Origin: an uncultured Acidobacteriota bacterium
GTDB lineage: Bacteria; Acidobacteriota; Thermoanaerobaculia; Multivoradales; UBA5704
Reading direction: 5' to 3'
Length of the DNA: 64,000 nucleotides
NCBI GenBank assembly: GCA_963700145.1
Contig: OY969474.1
Coordinates: forward strand, 5,391,768-5,455,767
This document shows positions 44,503-54,335 of this stretch, one piece after another. The number at the start of each line of letters is the position of its first letter. The first letter of the stretch is position 1. A program made the translations under genes and the position numbers. The notes below the pieces were generated by a model that worked only from the letters and a program-made list of their open reading frames with translations, made no database searches and had not been told where the DNA came from.

Positions 44503-45066
44503 ATGAGGCGAAACGCCAAACTGCTCCTGTTGCTCTGTGTCCTCCTCTCCCTGCCCGCCACCGTCACCGCCTCCACCTTCATCCACATGACCCCGCGGCA
44601 GCTCATCGCCGAGTCGGCCGCGGTCGTGCTGGGCGAGGTGCTCACCGTCAACTCCTACTGGGACGCCTCGGGGCAGATCATCGAGACCGAGGCCCTCGTG
44701 CGGGTGCACGAGACCCTGATCGGCGACGTCGGCGCGGTCGCCGTCGTCCGCACCTGGGGCGGCACGGTGGGCGGCTACACCATCGAGGCCCACGGCTTCC
44801 CCGAGTTCCAGGTCGGCGCGCGGGTTTTGCTCTTCCTCAGCGACGAGCGGAACGGCGCCGCGCAGGTCGTCGGCTACCGGCTCGGCCAGTACCGGATCGG
44901 GCACGACCGCAACGGCGCCGAGGTGGCGATCCCGACCTTCGAGGCCGCCAGCGCCGGTCTCGTCGCCCGCGAGGGCCAGGCGGCGCCGCCGCGCCCCTAC
45001 CGCCTCGAAGAGTTCAAGACCTTCCTGCGCGCCGAGGCGGCGCGCACGGCACGTCACGCGCACTGA
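44503..45066 (+). CDS. Secreted hypothetical protein
   Basis: RBS AAAGGAG, signal peptide, S..VVLGEV, GGTVG, P.FQVG..VLLFL. Confidence 0.75.
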   Translation: MRRNAKLLLLLCVLLSLPATVTASTFIHMTPRQLIAESAAVVLGEVLTVNSYWDASGQIIETEALVRVHETLIGDVGAVAVVRTWGGTVGGYTIEAHGFPEFQVGARVLLFLSDERNGAAQVVGYRLGQYRIGHDRNGAEVAIPTFEAASAGLVAREGQAAPPRPYRLEEFKTFLRAEAARTARHAH

Positions 45067-45085
45067 TCCGGAGGGGAACCGAGCC

Positions 45086-45718
45086 ATGAAGACCAACCGA
45101 CTCCTGTCCACCCTCTCCCTGGCGGTGGTGCTCGCCCTGATCGCGACGACCGTCTCCGCCTACGTGCTGCTCTCGCCCCGCCGCACCTGGGACTCCGCGC
45201 CCAACTACCGCGTCGACAACCGCGGCCAGGCGTCGATCACCGGCACCGACAAGGGCCGCAACGCCACCCGCAACGCCATCACCTCCTCGGCGGCCTGGAA
45301 CGGCGCGCCGACCGAGCGCAACCCGGTGATCAACGCGACGGTGTCTTCCGTCTCCGGCTTCTCGCTCGGCGACGGCGTGCCGATGCTCAACTTCACCGAC
45401 CCTACCGGCGCCTGCAACGGCAACTGCCTCGCCGCGACGTTCACCGGCTACTACCAGTCGCGCGGCAACGGCACCTACCGCATCTACGACGCCGACATCG
45501 TCACCAACACCGCCCACAACTGGGCCGACTCGGCCGATCCCTGCTCGGGCCAGGAGTTCCGGATCGAAGGCGTGATGGTGCACGAGATCGGCCACGGCCT
45601 CGGCCTCGGCCACACCAGCGTCTCGGGCGCCACGATGTTCCCGTCGGTCTCGGCCTGCAACAACGGTCCGGCCTCGACGGAGACGGACGACGAGAACGGG
45701 ATCGATAATTTGTATTAG
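45086..45718 (+). CDS. Matrixin (M10-like) zinc metalloprotease
   Basis: Signal peptide; HEIGHGLGLGH; Met-turn ATMFP. Confidence 0.88.
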   Translation: MKTNRLLSTLSLAVVLALIATTVSAYVLLSPRRTWDSAPNYRVDNRGQASITGTDKGRNATRNAITSSAAWNGAPTERNPVINATVSSVSGFSLGDGVPMLNFTDPTGACNGNCLAATFTGYYQSRGNGTYRIYDADIVTNTAHNWADSADPCSGQEFRIEGVMVHEIGHGLGLGHTSVSGATMFPSVSACNNGPASTETDDENGIDNLY

Positions 45719-45758
45719 TACGCCGTATTCGTAGCTCTTCCCGGTGTCCCCGTCGCCG

Positions 45759-46553
45759 CTACCTGCGCACGGCCCTGCGCAGGCGGCGGTAGACGGGGCC
45801 TGGGGTCCAGCGCAGCTCGCCGATCCGGCCGACGGGTAGCACGCCGACCAGGCTGTTCGTCAGCAGCACCTCGCTGGCGGCCGGGAGGTCGTCGTCGAAG
45901 ACCTCCCCCTCCTCGATCAGCCCGGCCTCCAGCAGGCGGCGGCGGACGGTGCCGGGGACGCAGCCTTCGGCGGCCGGCGGCGTGTAGGCCCGGCCCTGCT
46001 CCAGCACCAAGACGACGTTGCTGCGCGAGCCCTCCATGAGCAGGCCCTCCTGGTCGAGCAGCAAGGCCTCCCAGGCGCCGGCGGCGCGGGCGCGGCCCAG
46101 CGCCAGGGCGTGCGCGCCGTAGGAGAGGCTCTTGAGGCCGGTGAGCGCGCCGCGCGCCTCCAGTCGCAGGTCGTGGAGCACCACGGCGGCGACGCCCTCG
46201 CGGACCATCGCCCGCGACGGCGGCTCGTAGGGCACGGCGGTGACCAGGCGCGTCGGCACCCCGGCGACGCCGCGCGTCACCGTGATCCGCAGCCGCGCCG
46301 CCGGCCGCGGCGCCGCCTTGGCCACCGCCCGCACCGCCGCCGCCAGCGCCCGCCGCGGCTCGGGGATCTCGAGGTCGATGCGCGGCAGGCTGTCCAGCAA
46401 GCGGTCGAGGTGGGCGTCGAGGTCGCGCACGCGGCCGCCGTCGACGCGCAGGGTCTCGAAGAGGCCGTCGCCGTGCAGGAACCCGGCGTCGTCGGGCGAG
46501 AGCGCCACCTCCTCCGCCGCGACCAGCCGGCCGTTCCACCAGGCCGCGCTCAC
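45759..46553 (-). CDS. pabC: Class IV aminotransferase / aminodeoxychorismate lyase
   Basis: GFLHGDGLFET, HLDRL, LKSLSY, EGSRSNV, GCVPGTVR, LTNSL; coupled to pabB. Confidence 0.8.
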   Translation of the reverse strand: MSAAWWNGRLVAAEEVALSPDDAGFLHGDGLFETLRVDGGRVRDLDAHLDRLLDSLPRIDLEIPEPRRALAAAVRAVAKAAPRPAARLRITVTRGVAGVPTRLVTAVPYEPPSRAMVREGVAAVVLHDLRLEARGALTGLKSLSYGAHALALGRARAAGAWEALLLDQEGLLMEGSRSNVVLVLEQGRAYTPPAAEGCVPGTVRRRLLEAGLIEEGEVFDDDLPAASEVLLTNSLVGVLPVGRIGELRWTPGPVYRRLRRAVRR

Positions 46554-48004
46554 CAGGCGCCGGCCTCCGGCAGGCCCAGCGCGGCGAGGAAGGCGCGCGC
46601 CTTGACCCGCGTCTCCTCGAGCTCCGCCTCGGGGTCGGAGTCGGCGACGATCCCGCCCCCGGTGTGGTAGGCCACCCGGCCGCGCGCCGCGACGGCGGTG
46701 CGGATGGCGACCGCGAGGTCCAGCTCGCCGGACAGCGCGATCCGCCCGACCGCGCCCATCGCCGGCCCCCGCCGCCGCTCCTCCTCGGCCGCCGCCACCG
46801 CCACGGCGCGGATCTTGGGCGCGCCGCTGATCGAGGCCGGCGGGAAGCTGGCGCGCAGCAGGTCGGCGGCGTTGGTCCCCGGAGCGAGCCGGGCGCGCAC
46901 CCGCGAGACGGTGTGGTGCAGCGTCGGCAGGGTCATCAGCTCGGCGTGCGCCGCCACCTCGACGCTGCCGGTGACGGCCACCCGCCCGAGGTCGTTGCGC
47001 ACCACGTCCACGATCATCGCCAGCTCGGCCCGGTCTTTGGCGCTCTCCAGGAGCTCGCGCGCCAGAGCCGCGTCGCTCCGCCGGTCGGCGCCGCGCGGCC
47101 GCGTCCCTTTGATCGGCCGCGACTCGACGACCCCGTCGCGCACCGCCAGGAAGCACTCCGGCGAGACCGAGAGGAGAGCGCGGGCGCGTCGCGGCGTCGA
47201 GAGGTCGAGGCAGGCGGCGTAGTCGGCCGGGCTCGCCGCCCGCAGCCGCTGCCAGAGCGGCCAGACGGCGCGCCGCGCCAGCCGCGTCTCCAGCCGCCGG
47301 CAGAGGTTGACCTGGAAGATCTCGCCGGCGGCGATGCGGCCGACAGCCCGCGCCACGGCGTCGGCGAAGCCGGAGGGGAGGGGGCGGCTGCGCAGCGGTG
47401 GGCGGGCGAGCGGGCCTTCCGGCGGCGCCTCCGCCGCGCGGCGCGCCAGCCGCTGGAGGAGCCGCTCGGCGCCGATCCGAGCGTCGCCGCCCGGGGCCGG
47501 CCAGGCGTCGGTGCTGTCGAGCGTCCAGCCGCGGGCGTCGCGGCGCAGGGCGGTGGGGTAGAGGGCCAGGTGGAGGTCGGGCAGACCGAGGTCGTCCGCC
47601 GGGGGCGGCGGCAGCTCCTCGAGCTCCCAGGTCAGCTCGTAGCCGAGGAAGCCGACCAGCTCGCCGCCGGCGCCGCCCCAGGCGGCGAGCGCGGCGTCCA
47701 GGAGGTCGAGACCGCGCGCGGCAAAGGCGGCGCGGCCGCCCGGCCCGTCCACCGTCGCCCGCCCGTTGCGCGCCGTGAGGACGGCGAGCGGCCGCGAGTA
47801 GAGGCGGGCGCCCCCCCAGCCGGCGCCGTCCAGCCAGGCGAATCCCGGCTCCTGCCGCAGCTCCTCGGCCGCCGGCTCGACGGCGGCGGTGCCGGCGAGC
47901 GGCGTCTTGGCGCCGCGCGCCGCCGGCCGCGGCGGCGGCAGCAGCGCGCGCAGGCGGTCGGCCAGCCGCGCCCGCCGCGCCGCGGTCGGCCGGTCAGACC
48001 ACAC
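46550..48004 (-). CDS. pabB: Aminodeoxychorismate synthase component I (anthranilate synthase I family)
   Basis: GFLGYE, GEIFQVNL, SPECFL, PIKGTRPR, KDRAELAMIVD..RNDL, GAPKIRA, GGGIVADS. Confidence 0.85.
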   Translation of the reverse strand: MWSDRPTAARRARLADRLRALLPPPRPAARGAKTPLAGTAAVEPAAEELRQEPGFAWLDGAGWGGARLYSRPLAVLTARNGRATVDGPGGRAAFAARGLDLLDAALAAWGGAGGELVGFLGYELTWELEELPPPPADDLGLPDLHLALYPTALRRDARGWTLDSTDAWPAPGGDARIGAERLLQRLARRAAEAPPEGPLARPPLRSRPLPSGFADAVARAVGRIAAGEIFQVNLCRRLETRLARRAVWPLWQRLRAASPADYAACLDLSTPRRARALLSVSPECFLAVRDGVVESRPIKGTRPRGADRRSDAALARELLESAKDRAELAMIVDVVRNDLGRVAVTGSVEVAAHAELMTLPTLHHTVSRVRARLAPGTNAADLLRASFPPASISGAPKIRAVAVAAAEEERRRGPAMGAVGRIALSGELDLAVAIRTAVAARGRVAYHTGGGIVADSDPEAELEETRVKARAFLAALGLPEAGAW

Positions 48005-48025
48005 GGACCGCGCCCGCGGCGCGCC

Positions 48026-48496
48026 TCAAGAGATCACCAGCAGGCGGCTCTCCTTGACCACCCACCGCCCGGCCTCGCGGGCGGCGCGGAAGCTCTCGGT
48101 CGAGGAGCTCAGGTTCCCTTCGTGGTAGCCGCCGATGGCCTCCACCTCGTCCTCCGACAGCCATTTCACCGACTTGACCTGGAAGGTGAGGATGCCCTCG
48201 CCGCCCGGGCAGTCCGGCTCGCCGTAGACCGGCGGCCGCTGGTTGGCGAAGCGCTTGAGGAGCGACGCCGGCACCGACCGGTCGGGCCCGAGCGACAGGC
48301 AGTAGGCGCCGGCGTTCTGCTGCAGCCCCGAGGCGTTGTGCTCGAACTGGTAGCGGAAGATCGCTTCCAGCAAGTCGTCGGGGGCGAAGGGATCCTCGGC
48401 GCCGGGGGCGGCGGGCGTGGGGGGGTCGCCGGCGGGTGGGCCGCAGGTGGCGGCGGCGAAGAGCAGGGCGGCGAAGCCGCAGAGGAGCGCGCGCAT
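48026..48496 (-). CDS. Hypothetical lipoprotein
   Basis: Signal peptide with AAATC lipobox-like motif; GC3-rich codons. Confidence 0.65.
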   Translation of the reverse strand: MRALLCGFAALLFAAATCGPPAGDPPTPAAPGAEDPFAPDDLLEAIFRYQFEHNASGLQQNAGAYCLSLGPDRSVPASLLKRFANQRPPVYGEPDCPGGEGILTFQVKSVKWLSEDEVEAIGGYHEGNLSSSTESFRAAREAGRWVVKESRLLVIS

Positions 48497-48501
48497 CGTC
48501 T

Positions 48502-49440
48502 TTATCTCCCGAGGGTCGCTTCCAGAAGCGCCGCGAGCCGGTAGCCGGCGAGGGCCATCGCCGGCTCGGCGATACGCCGCACGTTCCAGCGATACCGCGC
48601 CGGCGGCCGCTGGCCGCGGCGCAAGGTTTCCGGATAGACCAGATTGGTGCAGATCCTGTACCCCTCCTGCGCCCAGGTCTCGAAGGCGCGCGGCGCGAGG
48701 CGGCCGGCGAAGAGGCGGGGTGGGTGGTCGCGGACGAGGGCCGCTGCCAGCCGCGCCACCCAGACGGTCTCCGACTCCCAGGAGCGGCGCCCGTGGGCGC
48801 GGCTGACCGCGCTGTCCCAGTACCAGTGCAGCTCCTCGGCCTCGCCGCGGAGCGGGAAGAGGTTGCCGCCGCGGTCGCCCGCGGGCTCCGTCGGCGTCAC
48901 CCGCGAGGCGGTGTGGAGCGGCTGGTGGATGTCGCCGGTCAAATGCAGCATCCAGGCGAGGTCGATCGCCTTCTCGCGCGCCGGCCGCGCCGGGTCGGCG
49001 ATCGCGGCGCTCAGGACGCGCAGCCGCTCGACGACGTTCTCGCGCCCCACCGGCAGATCGAGCCGCTCGCGCGGCGGCCGGTCCGGCCCCGGGTTCTCCC
49101 AGTAGCGGTCGATGTAGTGCCAAGTCCCGTGGTGGTACTTGGCGCGCCGCTCCGGAAACCCCTCGTCGCGCACGATGTCCGGCCAAGCGGCCGCCCGCGC
49201 GAACAAAGTCCGCTCCCGCAGCGCCAGCGGCTGCGCCCCGCTCGCCGGCGGCAGCAGACTCGCGAGATCCGCGTCCCCCGGCGCCGCCTTGAGCAGCGCC
49301 ACCGCCTTCGCCCGCGTCCCCTCCGGCATCCGCTCCCAGGCGATCCAGGCCACGACTTGGTGGCCGACCGGGTCCCAGGCGCGGGCGGAGGCGGGGAGAA
49401 GGGCGCCCGCGACCGTCAGAAGAAACAGGAACCTCCTCAT
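48502..49440 (-). CDS. S1/P1 nuclease, secreted
   Basis: Signal then WDPVGH, WPD, WHYID, HLTGDIHQPLH, DRGGN, LHWYWD, AGYRLA. Confidence 0.92.
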   Translation of the reverse strand: MRRFLFLLTVAGALLPASARAWDPVGHQVVAWIAWERMPEGTRAKAVALLKAAPGDADLASLLPPASGAQPLALRERTLFARAAAWPDIVRDEGFPERRAKYHHGTWHYIDRYWENPGPDRPPRERLDLPVGRENVVERLRVLSAAIADPARPAREKAIDLAWMLHLTGDIHQPLHTASRVTPTEPAGDRGGNLFPLRGEAEELHWYWDSAVSRAHGRRSWESETVWVARLAAALVRDHPPRLFAGRLAPRAFETWAQEGYRICTNLVYPETLRRGQRPPARYRWNVRRIAEPAMALAGYRLAALLEATLGR

Positions 49441-49516
49441 TCGAGGCAGATTGTAGGCGAGGACGCAGCGATAGAATCGCATCCGTAATCCTCGCAAGAT
49501 TGCTGGAGAGCGCATC

Positions 49517-52275
49517 ATGGCAGCGTCCGCGTCCGAGACCAACGATGTCATCGTCAGCTTCGATGAGGCGGACCGCGCGACGGCTGAAGACATCGCGGCA
49601 AAGCTTCGTGATGCCGGAATCCAAACCCTGCTAGCGCCCCTTGCTTGGGAAGTAAGGCGCTGGCACACAAGCCTCTACAGAGCCGTGTCCTATTGCTCCT
49701 CCTCGGCAAAGGTGGCACAGGTGTTCCCCAAGATGCATGGCCTGATGTGCAGAACTGGGTAGCAACACGCGGCGGGTCGTTTGCGCCTGTTTTCTTACTC
49801 GGAAGCGGCGACGAGCAAAGGAACCAGCTGCCAGAGTGGGTGAGGGAAGGAGTATGGCTGGACCTTCGTTCCCCGTCGGATCGCGAGAAGACTCTCGATC
49901 TCATCATCGAGAGTCTTCGCAACACTCTCGAACGCAAGCGGGTCACCCCGCGCATCGAAGAGGCCGGCTCTGCCCTTGCTCCAACTGGCTTCAGCGCGAA
50001 CTCTCGTGACGCAATCCGCCGGGCCGATGCCTTTCGGCGGTCGCGCCGGCGGGACGAGCTTCGGATGGAGCACCTGCTGATGGGTCTCTACGATGCCGAC
50101 GACGGGATAGCGCGCAACCTCTTCGACCGCTCGGGGTTTGACCGGGGCCGTCTGACCAAGATCCTGGCTTCCCTCGAGGGCGCCGACGTCCCCGACTCCA
50201 CTCCTTACCTGCCCACCGACGCTGAAGTGATCCCGCCGCTCTCGGCCGAAGTCGAGCAGGCATTGCGCAATGCGGGCGGGAGCGCCGGGCTGGACCCGAT
50301 CTTCACCGAGTCCTTGCTGGTCGGCGCTCTCCACGTGACGGAGAGTCCGATCATCAAGCTTCTGACACAAACCTCGGAAGGGAGCGCTCTTCGTGCTGCA
50401 TTCCCGGGCTTCGCGAAGGCTGATGAGGATGCGCCCAAAAATGTACCCCCACCCTCCCTCCTCGAAGAGTCCATCCACCTCGCCAGCGCCAGCGACCAGC
50501 CGACGGCGACGGACAGCCTCGGCTTTGAGCCGTACGTCGACGCCATCGCCAAGTTCCTGTCCAGCGAGGACACGAAGCCGCCGCTCACGCTCTCGATCGA
50601 AGGGGAGTGGGGGAGCGGCAAGTCGTCGTTCATGCTCATGCTCAAGGAGGCGCTCCGCTCCGAGTCCAAGCCCTCCTGCCTTACCCTCCAGTTCAACGCC
50701 TGGCGGCATGACAAAGAGGACGCCCTCTGGGCCGCCTTTGCGCTCGAGTTCATCCGACGCATCCGGCGCCAGCGCCCGGTGCTCGCTCGCTGGCGCGGTG
50801 ATTTTCGACTGTTCAGAAGCCGCTACCACTGGTGGGAAGGATGGGCAGAGCTGATCCGCGTGGCGGCGATCTGGACCGCCTTCGTCCTCCTCGCTGGAAC
50901 GCTCTCCTTGGCCTTCGTCGTGCGCGGGCCGGCGGTGCTCGCCGAGGTGCTTAACGAAGATACGGGCGGTTTGATGGGCTGGGTCGGCAGACTGGGCGGT
51001 GGCGCCGCGTCGCTGGCGGTGATCGCGATCGCGTTTTTCAAGACCAAGGAGCTGCTTGGGAGCCCGCTCGAGATCGGCCTGAGGAAGTATCTCCGCTCGC
51101 CCGACTACCAGGACCGCGTCTCATTTGTGGAGCGCTTCCACGAAGACTTCGACCGCATCGTCAAGGCTTACGCCGGCGACCGGAAGGTCTACGTCTTCAT
51201 CGACGACCTCGACCGGTGCGAGATCCCCAAGGCGGCCGACCTCATGCAGGCGCTGAACCTGCTGATCGCCGACGACCCGCGGCTGATCTTCATCGTCGGC
51301 ATGGACCGCGAGAAGGTGGCGGCGGGGCTGGCGGTCAAATACGAGAAGCTCCTGCCTTATCTGATGACGCAGGACACCTCGGCGAGCCCCGACGGGAGAG
51401 GCCCGTGGCCGCTGCCCGAGCCGCAGGGACCGCAGCCTTCGCTCGAAGCCGCAACGCGCCGCTTCGGGCTGGAGTACGGATACACGTTCCTCGAAAAGTT
51501 CATCCAACTTCCCTTCCGCGTCCCCGCGCCGCAGCCCAGCGACCTCGGCCGTTTCCTGGCTACGATCTCGCCGGAGCCGCCAGACACCAGCGTCACGGCG
51601 CCAGGGAACGGAGAGCAGGCTGCAGCGCCGACAGCCTCAGGGAGTGCACCGCAGCCCGACGGCGCCGGCGGTCAACCAGCGGACGGTTACGCGAAGCCGG
51701 CCTCACCCGCTCGTCTGCCGGTTGCGCCCGAGATCGCAGTGGCACGCAAGGAGCGGATCCTTGTCAAGTTTGGCGCCGACTCGGCGGTCGTGCGGACGGT
51801 GGCGCTCATGGTTGCGCCGGCGCTCGAGAACAACCCCCGGCGTCTCAAGCAATTCATCAATCTCTTCAGGCTCAAAGCCTACGTCGCCAACGAGACAGGG
51901 CTCTTCGACGAACTTGGAGGCCGCGCGCAGCTCACGTTCGAGCAGCTAGCGAAGTTTGTGGCGATCGGCCTCGGCTGGCCAGCTTTGCTCAGCGACCTGG
52001 ACGACTCGCCGGACCTTCTGAGTCGGCTGGAGGAGCGAGCCGTGGGACTGACGGAACTCGGGGCGCCTTCAGTCCAGGAGCAGCGTTGGGTCTATAGACC
52101 GCGGCTTCAATCTCTCCTGCGTTATGGCTGCTTGGATGTTTTTGGCAAGGAGACCCCAGACCACGAGAACTACAGCTTGGCAGACGTCGCTATGGATAAG
52201 CTACTCCGCGTGTCGCCACGCGTTACGCGCACCGCGCCGGTGCCGAGCGCGAGGGGTTGTCCCTCCCGCTGTTGA
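49517..52275 (+). CDS. TIR-like + Clp N-terminal repeats + KAP P-loop NTPase (frameshift near 49650; 3' end runs into IS256)
   Basis: NDVIVSFDEADRATAEDIAAKLRDAGI (ORF 49517) continues as SRVLLLLLG...APVFL...LPEW...WLDLR (ORF 49645); ClpN-like EHLLMGL and ESLLVGAL repeats; GEWGSGKSS, FNAW, two TM helices, FIDDLDRC, FLEKFIQ, NPRRLKQFIN. Confidence 0.8.
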
Positions 52276-53710
52276 AAGAGCAATGAGGTGAAGGCGGCTC
52301 CTCGGCCCACCTGATCGAGAATCGGGTTGGTCGAATAACCGGCCCCGCCAGGGGGCCAAGGAGCCGTGATGAAGACGAGAGCAGAAAGGCGGGTGGTGTG
52401 GCAAGGGGGCCGTGCGGCGCGCATCAGCCACGGGCTACAAGCGCTGCTGCGGCCGATGGTCGAGGGCATCGAGGCCAGCCGCCAGGGGCTGCTGGAGCTG
52501 TTTCACGCCGCGGGCGTCGAGGCCCTGGGGCGGCAGCTCGCGGACGAGGTCGAGGCCGTCGTCGGTCCGAAGCGTCGGCGCAATCCGACCCGCGAGGCGT
52601 ACCGCTGGGGCTCGACGGCGAGCGAGTTCGTGCTGGGTGGCCGCCAGGTGGCGCTGCCGCGACCGCGCGTCCGGCGACGCGACGGTGGCGAGATGAGCTT
52701 GCCTTCGGTGCGCGCCTTTCAGGACGAAGATCCCTTCACGGAGCGGGTGATCGAGCAGGCGCTGGTCGGCGTCTCGCAGCGCCGCTACGGTCGGAGCTTG
52801 GAGCCGCTCGCAGAGTCGGTGCCGGAGCGCGCGACGAGCAAGAGTGCGGTCCAGCGCCGGCTGGTGGCGGGGACGCGTCGTCTGCTGGGCGCGTGGCTGC
52901 GCCGAGACCTGTCGGACTTCCAGCCCCTGATCCTGATGATCGACGGGCTGGAGGTGGCCGGCCACACCCTGGTGGTGGCACTCGGCATCGCGCGCGACGG
53001 GACCAAGCGGGTGCTCGGCCTGCGTGAAGGCGCGACGGAGAACGCGGCGCTCTGTACCGGCCTGCTCCAGGAGCTGTTGGAGCGAGGCCTCGCGATGCCG
53101 CCGCGCTTCTTGGCGGTGCTCGACGGCGGCAAGGGGCTGCGCAAGGCCGTGCGCGCCGTCTTCGGGGACGCAACCCACGTCCAGCGCTGCCAGCTCCACA
53201 AGCGCCGCAACGTCCGCGACCACCTGCCCAAGCAGCTCCAAGCCCGGGTCGACCGCCTGATGGTCGAGGCCTACCAGAGCGCTCGCTTCGACCTCGCCAA
53301 GCGTCGCCTCGAGCAGCTTGCCCGCTGGCTCGAGCACGCAGGCCACGCGGGCGCCGCGGGCAGCCTGCGCGAGGGCCTCGACGAGACCCTCACCGCCTTG
53401 CGGCTGAAGCTGCCCGACGCTCTGCGCCGGTTGCTCGCCTCGACCAACGCGATCGAGAACACGATCGGCTCGATCCGTACGACGACGCGCAACGTCAAGC
53501 GCTGGCGCGGCGGCGACATGGTGCTGCGCTGGGTCGCCCTGGCGCTGTGTGACGCGGAGGCTGGCTTCCGGCGTGTCAAGGGACATCGGCACCTCGGGGC
53601 TCTCGAGCTCGCGCTCGCGGCGATCGAGGAACCGACGAACACCAAGGCCGTGGCATGATCAACCGAGCCGCTTTCCCTCTTTCGGCTTTCAACAGGGAAC
53701 GGGGCATCCC
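52254..53710 (+). mobile_element. IS256-family insertion sequence
   Basis: 24-bp imperfect IRs GGGTTGTCCCTCCCGCTGTTGAAA (52254-52277) and TTTCAACAGGGAACGGGGCATCCC (53687-53710); no target-site duplication visible. Confidence 0.88.
52366..53658 (+). CDS. IS256 (Mutator-family) DDE transposase
   Basis: GVSQR, SKSAV, LMIDG, LGI..DG.K.VLG, DGGKGL, QRCQLHK.RN, STNAIE. Confidence 0.93.
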   Translation: MMKTRAERRVVWQGGRAARISHGLQALLRPMVEGIEASRQGLLELFHAAGVEALGRQLADEVEAVVGPKRRRNPTREAYRWGSTASEFVLGGRQVALPRPRVRRRDGGEMSLPSVRAFQDEDPFTERVIEQALVGVSQRRYGRSLEPLAESVPERATSKSAVQRRLVAGTRRLLGAWLRRDLSDFQPLILMIDGLEVAGHTLVVALGIARDGTKRVLGLREGATENAALCTGLLQELLERGLAMPPRFLAVLDGGKGLRKAVRAVFGDATHVQRCQLHKRRNVRDHLPKQLQARVDRLMVEAYQSARFDLAKRRLEQLARWLEHAGHAGAAGSLREGLDETLTALRLKLPDALRRLLASTNAIENTIGSIRTTTRNVKRWRGGDMVLRWVALALCDAEAGFRRVKGHRHLGALELALAAIEEPTNTKAVA

Positions 53711-53846
53711 CACCCCCACCGGTAGCGATCTACAGGAGGGGTCGGCCAGGCTCCCGGGCTACGTTCGAACGATGTGATCATCCGCAGCGTGCATGCCGAT
53801 CGAGGAGTTTGTACTATTCTGGACAATGGAGCCCATGCTTAGAGCG

Positions 53847-54068
53847 ATGCGCAACAAAACAGTCGAGGTCGAGGAGGCAAGAGAGAAACTGAAGGAGCTC
53901 ATCGAGCTCGTCGGCGAGGGGACCGAGGTTGTGCTGACGGACGGCCGCGTGCCGCTGGCCCGGCTCGTGCCGGTCGCGTCCGCTGCGACGCTCCGTATAG
54001 CCGGCCTCCACCCAGGGATCGCCACGACGACATCGGACTTCGACGACCCCCTGCCGGACGCCTTCTGA
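53847..54068 (+). CDS. Phd/YefM-type antitoxin
   Basis: EAREKLKELIELV..G.EVVLT..RVPLARLVP and C-terminal SDFDDPLPDAF; start may be further upstream. Confidence 0.82.
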   Translation: MRNKTVEVEEAREKLKELIELVGEGTEVVLTDGRVPLARLVPVASAATLRIAGLHPGIATTTSDFDDPLPDAF

Positions 54069-54076
54069 TCGAGTGA

Positions 54077-54196
54077 GTGAGGCTCCTCCTCGACACGCAC
54101 CTTTTCCTCTGGTGGGACAGCGCTCCGGCCGCCGCCTCTTGGTTGCGGGCGCTCCATTTCCGGCGCAGACGCGCCAACTCCGAGATTGACGCCTGA
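54077..54196 (+). pseudogene. vapC: Truncated VapC (PIN) toxin
   Basis: GTG start, MRLLLDTHLFLWWD is a typical PIN N-terminus; similarity lost after about 17 aa; stop at codon 40 inside the 20-bp array. Confidence 0.8.
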
Positions 54197-54330
54197 TCTC
54201 GGAGATCAGCGGCCCAGCTCCGAGATCAGCGCGCCGTCACCGAGATGGGCGCTCCGTCACCGAGATGGACGCGCCGTCACGGAGATCGGCGCTCCGTCAC
54301 CGAGATCGGCCGCCGATCTCCGAGATGAAA
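54161..54330. repeat. 20-bp tandem array, consensus about (C/G)GAGAT(C/G)RRCGC(G/T)CCGTCAC
   Basis: GAGAT at 54182, 54202, 54222, 54242, 54262, 54282, 54302 and 54322. Confidence 0.9.
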
Positions 54331-54335
54331 GGCCG

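Noticed and set aside
45759-48004. pabB-pabC without adjacent pabA as a novel pathway
   Set aside because: The amidotransferase is commonly shared with trpG or encoded elsewhere.
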